Source of the DNA: a candidate division WWE3 bacterium RIFCSPHIGHO2_01_FULL_42_13 | GTDB taxonomy: Bacteria > Patescibacteriota > WWE3 > UBA101185 > UBA10185 | Assembly (NCBI GenBank): GCA_001772625.1 | Contig: MEVA01000016.1 | Coordinates: 67,159 to 131,158 of the forward strand | DNA length: 64,000 bases | Direction: 5' to 3' | In this document: piece after piece, positions 49,022 to 58,309 of the stretch | Position numbering within the stretch: the first letter of the stretch is position 1 | How the letters are laid out: each line of letters begins with the position of its first letter | Notes under the pieces: model-generated | Seen by the model: the letters and a program-made list of their open reading frames with translations, nothing else | The model's database searches: none | What the model was told of the DNA's origin: nothing | Made by a program: the position numbers and the translations under genes

Positions 49022-49920
49022 AAGATTTTGCCCGGCGATAAAACAAACCACACACCAACCAAAGCGATTACCAGCAAGAGTACATGCGAAAAAGCGTGCC
49101 CGGTAATTTTTGGTATGGCTTTTCTTTCCGAATACCAGATATCCAGTACCAGTAGCAGCAAAAGGAATCCGCCAATTAACATAGAAATAGTTTTCGAAGC
49201 CAAAGCCACATCAACCGCGGGAAGTATTTGTGGTGCAGGCTCAACAACTACATTTTGTTCCGGTGCCTCAACCGCATTTTCTTCCTCAAGCTCCAGAACC
49301 GTGGCAAGTTGTGTTGGCAGTCTGGACTTACCAAACATTTGAACAACCAAAGTAGTTTCGTACCCATCAAGTACTCCGTTAACCACCGCAAAACCTATTT
49401 CGTCATAATGATCATTCAGAAGATTTTCCCGATGTGATGGGGATTCAAACCACGCATCTACAACCTGATTTGAATTATTGAAGTTTTTAGCCAGATTTTC
49501 GCCCGCGTAACTGTAATCGTAACCCTCAGCCAAAATAAAATCCCATGGGGTTGTTCCATCGGGAGCAACGTGAGCCCAATAATCATTAGCAAACATGTGT
49601 TCGGCCTTCTTTTCCGCAGCTAACGAAAGCTCATTATTAACATGCAAGAGCGGTAGGTTGTGCTCCTGCCTGACTCTATTTGTGTCGTCCAGTAAATCAC
49701 TAAAAGTTATATTTGAGGTATAACCAAGCACTCCTGGCGCGATTAGTGGAATAGTACGAAAAAGCCCGATTACAAGCACCATCGCAAGCGAATAGCTAAG
49801 TAAAGCGGCATGCGAAAGTAACTTTGCCCGTTTTTTAGTTTCCGGATGGGGTAGAAAATGGTGCAAAAACTGATACTTTTGTATCGCGTGTGTGTCTGTG
49901 TGCGGGTTGTAACTAAGCAT
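49018..49920 (-). CDS. CAP/SCP-domain membrane protein
   Basis: TNRVR, KAEHM, YWAH, AGENLA, WFESPSHRENLL, VVQMFG; TMs at both ends. Confidence 0.9.
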   Translation of the reverse strand: MLSYNPHTDTHAIQKYQFLHHFLPHPETKKRAKLLSHAALLSYSLAMVLVIGLFRTIPLIAPGVLGYTSNITFSDLLDDTNRVRQEHNLPLLHVNNELSLAAEKKAEHMFANDYWAHVAPDGTTPWDFILAEGYDYSYAGENLAKNFNNSNQVVDAWFESPSHRENLLNDHYDEIGFAVVNGVLDGYETTLVVQMFGKSRLPTQLATVLELEEENAVEAPEQNVVVEPAPQILPAVDVALASKTISMLIGGFLLLLLVLDIWYSERKAIPKITGHAFSHVLLLVIALVGVWFVLSPGKIL

Positions 49921-49939
49921 TACAGATAATTATACATAC

Positions 49940-49969
49940 AAAACTCCCCGGGCGTCCCCGGGGAGTTTT
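49940..49969 (-). terminator. Intrinsic terminator downstream of the HU gene
   Basis: 13-bp stem AAAACTCCCCGGG-cgtc-CCCGGGGAGTTTT. Confidence 0.85.
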
Positions 49970-50000
49970 AGGGTCATGACCCTACGAAAAACACTTTACG

Positions 50001-50276
50001 TTATTGTCTAACGGCGTCTTTCAGGCTTTTTCCAGCTCTGAAAGCAGGTGTTTTACCAGCAGGAATGTGCAAAGGAGCACCTGTCTGAGGGTTTCTTCCC
50101 ATTCTTGCGGCTCTTGTTCTTACCTCATATGTACCGAAACCGGTCCAGGTTACCTTTTCTCCTCTTGCTAGAGCTGCTGTAATAGCATCTCCAACTCCAT
50201 CAACAGCTCTTTGAGCGTCGGCCTTTGTAAGACCAACTTTGTCAGAAAGCATATTTACTAAGTCTTGTTTTGTCAT
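50001..50276 (-). CDS. hup: DNA-binding protein HU
   Basis: MTKQDLV, GFGTYEV, RMGRNPQTG, PAFRAGKSLK; SD AAGGGGGTG. Confidence 0.97.
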   Translation of the reverse strand: MTKQDLVNMLSDKVGLTKADAQRAVDGVGDAITAALARGEKVTWTGFGTYEVRTRAARMGRNPQTGAPLHIPAGKTPAFRAGKSLKDAVRQ

Positions 50277-50326
50277 CTGCTATACACCCCCTTTCGAATA
50301 CTGCCTGGCGGCAAATATTTTCCAAA

Positions 50327-51106
50327 CTAAATAACCTCTTTATCAAATCTTCGTATTTCTTTTTTTGTTGTATCAACTATGATACTCCTAAAGGCTCGTC
50401 TACCGTTTAGCTCCCACTCAAACTTTTCTTTTTGAGAGTAAACCACACGGTCTATGATAATTTCCTTTTTAACACCTAAAACCGAGTCTATGTTTCCGCA
50501 CATCCCTACATCTGTTACATACATTGTTCCTTTTGGTAAAACCCTGTTGTCGCAGGTTGGAACGTGGCTGTGGGTACCAAGAACCGCATCAACTCTTCCA
50601 TCAAGAAAAAACCCCATCGCATGCTTGTCGCTTGTATAGTCTGCGTGAAAGTCCACAACCGAGACTGCTACATCCTGATCAGCGGTCTTTTCCAGTATTT
50701 CTTCCACTTTTAAGTAGGGGTTGGTTAAATTCAATTCAGAATATTTATGACTGTTTATGCTCATAACGTTTATTATTAAAACTTTTCCGACTTTTGTTTC
50801 CAAAACCCTGTAACCGTCCCCTGGCAGGTCATCCTTTATATTCGCGGGCCTTATTACAGGAAGGTTTCCTATTTCTTTATCAAAACCCTTGTGCCAAAAC
50901 AGGTGGTCGCCGCCGGTAAAAAACTCTATTCCAAGCTCCTGCATCTCTTCTATCGTCCCGGCCGTTGCACCTCTTCCATGAGCTAAGTTTTCCGCGTTAG
51001 ACAAAACCAGATCCGGTTTCTCATTTTCTAAAACCTCAGGCAAAACTTCCTTCACTACACTCCTTCCGGGCCTAGCAACAATTTCCCCAATGAACAATAT
51101 CTTCAT
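50327..51106 (-). CDS. ymdB: YmdB-like metallophosphoesterase (TIGR00282 family)
   Basis: ILFIGEIV, NAEN, RPAN, VDFHA, GTHSHVPT, TDVGM; directly downstream of rny. Confidence 0.92.
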   Translation of the reverse strand: MKILFIGEIVARPGRSVVKEVLPEVLENEKPDLVLSNAENLAHGRGATAGTIEEMQELGIEFFTGGDHLFWHKGFDKEIGNLPVIRPANIKDDLPGDGYRVLETKVGKVLIINVMSINSHKYSELNLTNPYLKVEEILEKTADQDVAVSVVDFHADYTSDKHAMGFFLDGRVDAVLGTHSHVPTCDNRVLPKGTMYVTDVGMCGNIDSVLGVKKEIIIDRVVYSQKEKFEWELNGRRAFRSIIVDTTKKEIRRFDKEVI

Positions 51107-51241
51107 GGACAAATCCGGAATCTAACTATTAAAGCTGGCAACAGAAGTATAAATATGGCTACTAGTAGGTAATACATAACGAAACCTCAGCGTATTCATT
51201 GTTACCACGCCAAAAATAAAAATGCAACTCTTTTCTGCCCG

Positions 51242-52807
51242 TCATTTGGCGGTTTCTGTAACGCGTGTTTCGCGAATAACCGTAACTTTCACTATTCCCG
51301 GATAGTTTTGCTCAAGCTCAATCTTTCGGGCTATTTCGCGTGCCAGAAGCGCCGTTGAGGCATCGTCGACCCTTTCGGGCTTTACAAACACCCTAACTTC
51401 CCTACCCGCCTCAAGGGCATAAACTTTCTCTACACCGTCAAAGGAATAGGCCGCTTCCTCAAGATCCTTTAGCCTTTTTACATAGGCTTCGTAGTCTTCT
51501 GAACGCGCGCTAGGCCTTGCCCCGCTTATATGATCCGCAATATGAACAACACCCGATTCAATGCTGCTAAAAGGCTTGTCCTCGTGGTGTTCCGCGACAC
51601 AATCTATAACTTCTTTTCTAATTTTATGTTTAGTAAGAAAATCAACTCCTAAAGCCACGTGGGTTCCTTCGCCCTCTAAAACTTTACCGATATCATGAAA
51701 CAGGCAACCAAGCTTAACAATTTCAACATCGGCTCCAATTTCACTGGCAATAGACATGCCGATTTTTGTAACCTCAAGCGTGTGTTCAATCATGTTCTGA
51801 CCGTAGGAAAATCTGTACTTGAACTTTCCGAGTGTTTTTACAACATCCTCCGGTAAGTTATAAACACCAAGTCTGTGGCAAAGGTTGTCACCCTCTTTGT
51901 AAATTATCTTGTCCACCTCGCTTTGAGTTTTGGCGATGATTTCTTCAATCTTTGCCGGCTGGATTCTACCGTCGGCTATTAATCTCTCCATCGAAATTTT
52001 AGCTATTTCACGCCTAATAGGATCAAATGAGGAAATAAGAATTTCACCGGGTGTTGCATCCAACTCAAGCTCAACTCCTGTTAGCTCTTCGAATTTTCTT
52101 ATGTTACGGCCTTCCTTACCAATGATTCGGCCCTTCATATCATCATCGGCAAGTTTAACTTTTGACGAAGAGTGCTCCACAACATAGTCTGTAGCACCTT
52201 GTCTCATCGCGGTAACTATTATTTCCTTAGCTTTTTCATCAACATCCTTTTTTACCTCTTCTTCCATTTCGCGAATCTTTTTGCCTTTTTCTTGCTGCAA
52301 CTCTCTCTCAAAGCTTTCCAAAAGTTGGTTTCTTGCGTCCTGTTTAGACAAGCCCGCAATTTTCTCAAGCTTACTTTGCTGTTCGCTAATTAAAGTATCC
52401 AGCTCACTTTTTCTTTTTTCCAGTTGCTCTTTGCCCAACGCAAGTGAGCTTTGCTCAGCGTTAACTTGCTTCTCTTTTACTTCCAGCTCGGCTTTTTTGG
52501 ATGAAAACGTCTTTTCGGTTTCTAGGGCTTCTCTTTTTATTTCATCAACTTCTTTTTGAGCTTCCTGCTTTGCCTTAAGAGCTTCGTTTTTAGCCTCCAA
52601 AATTATTTCGTTAGCTTTAGCTTTAGCTTCCACAACAACTGCTTCACGCGAAATGTCTGCATTTACTACAGCAGTAGGTTCTAAACCCCTGTCCGCCTGC
52701 GGGGCAGTTTCCGGAGAACCTTTTCTTTTACTAACAAAATAAAACGCTCCAAATGAACCAACTGACGCCACCAAAGCAATTAACAAAGTCGAGATTATAT
52801 CTGACAT
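51242..52807 (-). CDS. rny: Ribonuclease Y
   Basis: N-terminal TM, coiled coil, KH domain KGRIIGKEGRNIR, HD motif FHDIGK, AGREVRV; SD AGGAGG. Confidence 0.97.
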   Translation of the reverse strand: MSDIISTLLIALVASVGSFGAFYFVSKRKGSPETAPQADRGLEPTAVVNADISREAVVVEAKAKANEIILEAKNEALKAKQEAQKEVDEIKREALETEKTFSSKKAELEVKEKQVNAEQSSLALGKEQLEKRKSELDTLISEQQSKLEKIAGLSKQDARNQLLESFERELQQEKGKKIREMEEEVKKDVDEKAKEIIVTAMRQGATDYVVEHSSSKVKLADDDMKGRIIGKEGRNIRKFEELTGVELELDATPGEILISSFDPIRREIAKISMERLIADGRIQPAKIEEIIAKTQSEVDKIIYKEGDNLCHRLGVYNLPEDVVKTLGKFKYRFSYGQNMIEHTLEVTKIGMSIASEIGADVEIVKLGCLFHDIGKVLEGEGTHVALGVDFLTKHKIRKEVIDCVAEHHEDKPFSSIESGVVHIADHISGARPSARSEDYEAYVKRLKDLEEAAYSFDGVEKVYALEAGREVRVFVKPERVDDASTALLAREIARKIELEQNYPGIVKVTVIRETRVTETAK

Positions 52808-52848
52808 TTAAATTCCTCCTAACCAAAATTAATAATGTTTACTTGTAC

Positions 52849-52955
52849 GCCGAATTTGCCAACTAGTGGCTTATGATGATTATGAAGCTAAAGTCTTTGT
52901 GGTTTCTAAAGTAGCTAGTTTCATAGTTTTTCTCGTCATAACGGGCAATTCGACT
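52849..52955 (-). ncRNA. Putative structured RNA: rod-shaped rny 5' leader or small ncRNA
   Basis: Three nested helices found by eye: GUCGAAUUGCC/GGCAAAUUCGGC, UUAUGACGA/UCAUCAUAA, UAUGAAACUAG/UUAGCUUCAUA. The first begins 6-7 nt after a -10 box. Confidence 0.55.
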
Positions 52956-52960
52956 CACTC

Positions 52961-52989
52961 ATTGTATTAAACTTCGAAATTGCTGTCAA
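52961..52989 (-). promoter_or_regulatory. Near-consensus sigma70 promoter of rny, embedded in the recX 3' end
   Basis: TTGACA (52989-52984), 17 bp, TACAAT (52966-52961). Confidence 0.85.
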
Positions 52990-53617
52990 CTACCGTTCTA
53001 GCAATTCCATAGGAGTAGCCTTTTCTCAAAAGAAACTGTAGGGACTTCTGCTTTTCCTTCAAATCGCGTACTTTAGCACCTCTTAACCTTTTTTCTAAAG
53101 CGCTTTTTGCGCCCTCTAGCTCAGTTTCTTGAGGGTAATTGCTTAAATATTTATCTATAACGGAAGCCTCCACACCTTTTCGAAACAAAAATTCTTTTAT
53201 TTTCCTCGGGCCCGGGGGAGTTTTAGAACCCGACGCAGAGCTTATGTAGTTTTTCACGAACTCTTCATCATTAATAAGACCTGCCTCCTCAAGCCTTTGC
53301 AAAATTTTTGCTTCTATGTCTTGCAAAAACTTCTCTTCGATCTCAGCTTTATATAAATACTCGCGCAATCTTTTCACCACTTCATCTTTGCTTCGAATGC
53401 GATATGAAAGAAAGTCTAAAATCTTTATATAAAATTTGTTGTAATTTTCTTCCTCAACAATTTCCTGAATCCTTTCGTCACTTAGCTCAAGGCCATCTTT
53501 TAATCCAAAGCTTAGCAAAACCTCTTCTGAAACAGGAAAGGTGTACTTCCCGTCTAGAAAAATGTTGTATCTATCGGGTCTTCTTTTTTGAGGAGAAATT
53601 TTTGTTACAAAGGACAT
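52967..53617 (-). CDS. recX: Regulatory protein RecX
   Basis: RYNIFLDG, LSYRIRS, GLINDEEF, GPRKI, FLLRKGYS; immediately follows recA. Confidence 0.92.
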   Translation of the reverse strand: MSFVTKISPQKRRPDRYNIFLDGKYTFPVSEEVLLSFGLKDGLELSDERIQEIVEEENYNKFYIKILDFLSYRIRSKDEVVKRLREYLYKAEIEEKFLQDIEAKILQRLEEAGLINDEEFVKNYISSASGSKTPPGPRKIKEFLFRKGVEASVIDKYLSNYPQETELEGAKSALEKRLRGAKVRDLKEKQKSLQFLLRKGYSYGIARTVVDSNFEV

Positions 53618-53621
53618 CTAA

Positions 53622-54722
53622 CTATATTTTACTCGTTCCAGCGGCACTACCACTACCCACTTGTAAAGGCAGGTTTTGTTTTTCTTTAACAAGCTTTCTA
53701 ATTTTTTGCTCGATCTCATCCCGCAGTTTTTTATTTGCTTTCAAATTGGTTCTGGTAGCCTCTTTTCCCTGACCCAGCTTTTCCCCTTCATATTCATACC
53801 AAGCGCCGCTTTTTTTAATTAGACCAAGATCAACACCCACATCAATTAAACTTCCCTCTTTGCTTATACCTTCGTTAAACAAAATATCAAACTCGGCGAT
53901 CCTAAAAGGCGCTGCTACCTTGTTTTTTACAACCTTAACCCTAACTCTAATCCCATGAAAATCTGTTGCTGTACCCTCCTTCAACGATTCTATTCTTCTA
54001 ATCTCCATTCGGACCGACGCATAAAACTTTAAAGCTCTGCCACCAGGGGTTGTTTCCGGGTTTCCAAACATAACACCAATTTTCATTCTAAGCTGGTTTG
54101 TAAATATTACCGCGCACTTTGATCTATTTACCGCCCCGGCAATTCTCCTTAAAGCCTGGCTCATAAGACGCGCCTGCAAAGCTATGTGACTATCACCAAT
54201 ATCTCCTTCTATTTCAGCTCTTGGAACTAAAGCCGCAACAGAATCTATGGCGATAACATCTACAGCATTCGAACGGATGAGTGTTTCGGCAATCTCCAAG
54301 GCTTGCTCCCCGGTATCGGGCTGGGAAACCAAAAGGTTTTCAATATCAACACCGGTTTTTGCTGCATAAACAGGATCGAAAGCATGCTCGGCGTCAATCA
54401 AAGCAGCCGTTCCACCTCCCCTTTGCGCTTCCGCAATAATATGCTGAACCAAAGTCGTTTTACCAGCGGACTCCGGTCCATATAGTTCTACGATCCTTCC
54501 TCTTGGAACTCCACCAATTCCCAAAGCAATATCAAGCGCGATTGAACCAGTTGGGATAACACCGGCAACGTTAGCGGTGGTGCCCGTTCCAAGTTTCATT
54601 ATTGAACCCTCCCCGAAATTTTTTTGAATTTGGTCTAAAGCTGATTTGAGAGCAATTTCTTTGTTTTTATTTACTGGGGCTGATGTGTGTTTTTCCTTTT
54701 TAGGCTTAGGTGACTTTGGCAT
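53622..54722 (-). CDS. recA: Recombinase RecA
   Basis: [47 protein letters not shown]. Start probably ATG 54722. Confidence 0.98.
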   Translation of the reverse strand: MPKSPKPKKEKHTSAPVNKNKEIALKSALDQIQKNFGEGSIMKLGTGTTANVAGVIPTGSIALDIALGIGGVPRGRIVELYGPESAGKTTLVQHIIAEAQRGGGTAALIDAEHAFDPVYAAKTGVDIENLLVSQPDTGEQALEIAETLIRSNAVDVIAIDSVAALVPRAEIEGDIGDSHIALQARLMSQALRRIAGAVNRSKCAVIFTNQLRMKIGVMFGNPETTPGGRALKFYASVRMEIRRIESLKEGTATDFHGIRVRVKVVKNKVAAPFRIAEFDILFNEGISKEGSLIDVGVDLGLIKKSGAWYEYEGEKLGQGKEATRTNLKANKKLRDEIEQKIRKLVKEKQNLPLQVGSGSAAGTSKI

Positions 54723-54741
54723 TAGATTTCTTTCTAATAGC

Positions 54742-54769
54742 ATTCTAACAAGCCCATATATTTATTCAA
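54742..54769 (-). promoter_or_regulatory. Probable recA promoter
   Basis: TTGAAT-16 bp-TAGAAT with an extended -10 TGn. Confidence 0.6.
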
Positions 54770-54876
54770 CTCTATATACTCCAAGGTGGTTAGATATGGG
54801 CACGGTAGTAAGATGGGGCTTAGGTAATTTAGGCTGTAGCGGCAGTCACTACAAAGATCTAATTTTCTGAGAGTGT

Positions 54877-55245
54877 TTAGAAAAGCTTATTAATTTCCTC
54901 TACAAGTTGTTTAGGCAAGTACTTGGCCTTAAGAAAGTATCCGTTAGCACCGAGTTTGTTTGCTTCCTCCATAATTGTATCTTCGCCCAGATTTGTTAAA
55001 ACATACACAGGTGTGGCATTAGCTTTTGAACCAACCTCCCGCAAAACCTTCAAAACCTCTATCCCTGTAAGTTTGGGGAGCATAATATCAAGCAAAATCA
55101 AATCGTATGTATTTTTAGCGGCTTTTTCTATTGCTTCCTGTCCATCAACTGCAGTTTCCAGCTCATAGCCGGCTTTAGTAAGAACTGCCTTATACAAATC
55201 CCTTATAAAAGCGTCATCTTCGATTAGTAATATTTTTTTGCTCAT
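54877..55245 (-). CDS. Single-domain response regulator (receiver only)
   Basis: ILLIEDD, LLDIMLPKLTG, LTN, FLK; 122 aa with no output domain. Confidence 0.93.
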   Translation of the reverse strand: MSKKILLIEDDAFIRDLYKAVLTKAGYELETAVDGQEAIEKAAKNTYDLILLDIMLPKLTGIEVLKVLREVGSKANATPVYVLTNLGEDTIMEEANKLGANGYFLKAKYLPKQLVEEINKLF

Positions 55246-56801
55246 ATTGGTAAGCTAAAACTAAATATGCTGCCTTTGCCCTCTTCGCTTTTTACCCAAA
55301 TCTCCCCGCCGTGCATTTTCACAATTTCCTTTGATATAAAAAGCCCCAAACCCGTGCCCTTCTCCCCAGCCCGCAAAACAGTTGTAGATACACGGTAAAA
55401 CTTCTTAAAAATGTGCGGGATTGAAGCTTGCGGAATCCCGATCCCTGTATCTTCAATGTGCGTAATAACCTTATCCCCTGAAACCTCTACCGATACAGTG
55501 ATTTTACCACCAGGTTTTGTATATCTAACCGAATTATCCAACAAATTACTCAGTACTTCAACAATTGTAGTTTTATCAACATTAATTTCTGGCATTGCGG
55601 TTTTCGGCTCAATGAGCTCCAACGTTAAATTTGCTGCCTGAGCCTCTGCCTCTATTTCGGCCATCTCACTTTTCACAATATCTATCCAGTTTTGTTTTGT
55701 TTTTTGGATAACAAGCGCACCCCTCTCAATTCTTGAAATGTTCAGAAGGTTTTCAATCAAACCATGCAATCTATCCGCGCTTAGAATTGATTTTTCCAGG
55801 TAGTCGGTATCATTTGGGTCAAGCTTATCTTTAAGGTCCTCGCCCAACAAAGACAGGTAGCCCCTCATGGCAGTTAAAGGCGTTCTCAGCTCGTGGGCGG
55901 CGATAGAAACAAAATCTAATTTCATCATCTCAAGATCAATGTCCTTTGTTATATCAATAAGAGTCGCGATGCATCCGATATTTACCTCTCTACCCTCTCT
56001 AATTGACGAACTTCTCATGCTCACATACTTCTTTCCGCCGTTTCTTCCGACAAGAGTAAGTTTATCTTTGGAGAAACCCTCGCTACCGGAAACTTCGGCT
56101 GATGTGCTGGAGTAAGTACTAACTTCCAAAGGCACAGAAACATCGAAAAGTCTTATATAGTCATCTGCCGGCCTATGTTCAACTTCATCAAATATGTAGC
56201 CGGTTAAATCCTCCATCTTTTTATTAAAAGTTATAATTTTTCCCGACCTATCCAAAGCAAAAACACCGTCGCTTGCGTTATACAAAATAGATTCTAAAAT
56301 ATCCCTTTCGGCTTCAAGTTTCATCGTTTTTTCAGCCACACTTCTTGTGGAACCGGCTCTTGTCTCTTCTATTTGTATCAAACACTTCTTTGCAGTCTCT
56401 TCAAGCTCTTCCCTACTTAAGGTTTTGAGGCGGTACACGCTAAACACCCCCTCAGGCAAATCCTGCAAGCCTTCTTGAAAAGCCTTATCAACTCCTAACC
56501 TATCTTTTACTTTTAACCCAAGCTCTTCTAAAGTCCCCTTAGCCTCAATAGGACCAACCGCTTCAATGCTGTAGTCATACAAAACGCTTATTAACTTAAC
56601 TTTGTCTTTGTATGGAAGTTCCGAGGGGTCAAAGCCCGAAAGAGTGTATCTTAGAGAAGCAAATTTGCCTTTCAAAACTTCACGGACTTTTTCTTCGCCT
56701 AAATTGTCGAGTGAAAATTTTAAATATGTATCTGCAAGGCTTGATACAAAAGGGTTCCCCTGGGAATCAGCGAGTTTTTGGGCAGGTTTCTTAAAAAACA
56801 T
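55242..56801 (-). CDS. Cytoplasmic PAS-domain sensor histidine kinase
   Basis: PAS DGVFALDRSGKIITFN, AHELRTPLT, NLLDNSVRY, DTGIGI, FKKFYR, GTGLGL; no TM segment. Confidence 0.93.
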   Translation of the reverse strand: MFFKKPAQKLADSQGNPFVSSLADTYLKFSLDNLGEEKVREVLKGKFASLRYTLSGFDPSELPYKDKVKLISVLYDYSIEAVGPIEAKGTLEELGLKVKDRLGVDKAFQEGLQDLPEGVFSVYRLKTLSREELEETAKKCLIQIEETRAGSTRSVAEKTMKLEAERDILESILYNASDGVFALDRSGKIITFNKKMEDLTGYIFDEVEHRPADDYIRLFDVSVPLEVSTYSSTSAEVSGSEGFSKDKLTLVGRNGGKKYVSMRSSSIREGREVNIGCIATLIDITKDIDLEMMKLDFVSIAAHELRTPLTAMRGYLSLLGEDLKDKLDPNDTDYLEKSILSADRLHGLIENLLNISRIERGALVIQKTKQNWIDIVKSEMAEIEAEAQAANLTLELIEPKTAMPEINVDKTTIVEVLSNLLDNSVRYTKPGGKITVSVEVSGDKVITHIEDTGIGIPQASIPHIFKKFYRVSTTVLRAGEKGTGLGLFISKEIVKMHGGEIWVKSEEGKGSIFSFSLPI

Positions 56802-56825
56802 CGTACTTTCAGTGTAGGGTCGGGC

Positions 56826-58265
56826 TTATTGGCTGTCAATTAAATAAGTCGCCGCTTTAAGCCTGGTGAGCACTTTTTCTTTGCCAAGAATTTCAAGCGT
56901 TTCGAAAATGGGCGGGGTTGCCGTAACACCCGAAACAGCTACCCGAAGTGTCATGAAAGCTTCTTTTGGCTTATATCCTTTTTCCTGGAGCAGGAGGTGG
57001 GCTTTTTCATCAAGCTGTTTTGTCCCCCAACTCTCTAGAGGGCCAAAAAGTTCGGTAAAAGAGTTAAGTATTTCTTTTGCTGCGGACTTATCCTTGGCAA
57101 ATTCAGTAAGCTTCTGCATATCTAGTGAGGGCTCTTCGTAAAAATACGATATTAACCCTGAAACTTCATTTAAAGTCTTTAGCCTCTCCTGAATAAGTTT
57201 TAAAACCATTTGGCCCGAGTTACTTACAAAGCCCTCGGGTAAACTTACATTAAACTTTTTGCTCCATTCCAAAATTCTTTTGTGTAAATCTTCAACTGAC
57301 ATGCCTCGAATATAATAGCCATTAAACCAAAGGAGCTTTTCCCTATCAAAGGCCACTAAATCGGTTTTGTGAATTCTTTCAATTGAAAAATCTTTCACAA
57401 ATTCCTCCAGTGTGTAAATTTCCTTTTCTGTTCCTGGATTCCAGCCAAGGAGCATCAAAAAATTAAGCATAGCTTCAGGTAAATAACCTTTCTCCAAAAA
57501 TGCCGCGGCATGAACATCTCCAAACCTTTTCGACAACTTTTTATTAGCTCCTTTTTCCTTCAAATTAGGTAGATGGGCGTGAACGGGCATTTCCCATCCA
57601 AAAGCCTTGTACAAAAGGACGTGTTTTGGAACTGAGGGGAGCCATTCAATGCCTCTTAAAATGTGGGTTATGTTCATTAGGTGGTCGTCAATTACCACAG
57701 CCAGGTGGTAGGTTGGAAATCCATCTGACTTCATTAGAATTGAGTCGTCAAGGTCAGCTGTATTAAAAGTAATTTTTCCCAAAACTGCATCCTCATATAC
57801 AATCTCCTCATTTTTGGGAATTTTCTGTCGTATCACGTAGCTCTCACCCGCCAAAACTCTTTTAAAAGCTTCATCTTTATCTAAACCCCTGCACTTCCCA
57901 TCATAAAATGTTCTGGGAAGCCCCTGCGCTTGCTGTTCTTTTCTAACTTGGTCTAAACGCTCTTCAGTGCAAAAACAATAATAAGCCGAATCGTTTTTGA
58001 GCAACACTTGAGCGTACTCCTTGTATATATCAAGTCTTTCTGACTGTTTGTAAAACTCATCCCAATCCAAACCATAATCCTTTATCACGACCAAAAGTCT
58101 TTCCTCGGCTCCCTCTACTTCTCTTTTCTGGTCGGTATCTTCAATTCTCATAATAAACTGGCCGCCGTCTTTTTTGGCCAGGGCATAGTTATAAAGCAAG
58201 GTTCGTAAACCACCAATATGATATTCACCTGTAGGACTTGGAGCCATTCGCGTTCTTATCAGCAT
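56826..58265 (-). CDS. gltX: Glutamate--tRNA ligase
   Basis: RMAPSPTG, HIGG, RIEDTD, KSDGFPTYH, KLSKR. Confidence 0.97.
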   Translation of the reverse strand: MLIRTRMAPSPTGEYHIGGLRTLLYNYALAKKDGGQFIMRIEDTDQKREVEGAEERLLVVIKDYGLDWDEFYKQSERLDIYKEYAQVLLKNDSAYYCFCTEERLDQVRKEQQAQGLPRTFYDGKCRGLDKDEAFKRVLAGESYVIRQKIPKNEEIVYEDAVLGKITFNTADLDDSILMKSDGFPTYHLAVVIDDHLMNITHILRGIEWLPSVPKHVLLYKAFGWEMPVHAHLPNLKEKGANKKLSKRFGDVHAAAFLEKGYLPEAMLNFLMLLGWNPGTEKEIYTLEEFVKDFSIERIHKTDLVAFDREKLLWFNGYYIRGMSVEDLHKRILEWSKKFNVSLPEGFVSNSGQMVLKLIQERLKTLNEVSGLISYFYEEPSLDMQKLTEFAKDKSAAKEILNSFTELFGPLESWGTKQLDEKAHLLLQEKGYKPKEAFMTLRVAVSGVTATPPIFETLEILGKEKVLTRLKAATYLIDSQ

Positions 58266-58309
58266 GCTGAAATTTTAACACAGTGATCGCTATGCTAATA
58301 TTTAACTGT

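Noticed and set aside
51113-51245. Two possible 25-27 codon ORFs and a weak promoter between rny and ymdB
   Set aside because: No SD, no recognisable motif and no convincing structure; they cannot be supported from sequence alone.
52849-52955. Assigning the rny-upstream rod as SRP (4.5S) RNA or canonical 6S RNA
   Set aside because: It has no SRP domain IV motif (CAGG...GGAA...AGCA), is shorter than typical 6S RNA and lacks a symmetric central bubble. It is kept as an unassigned structured RNA.
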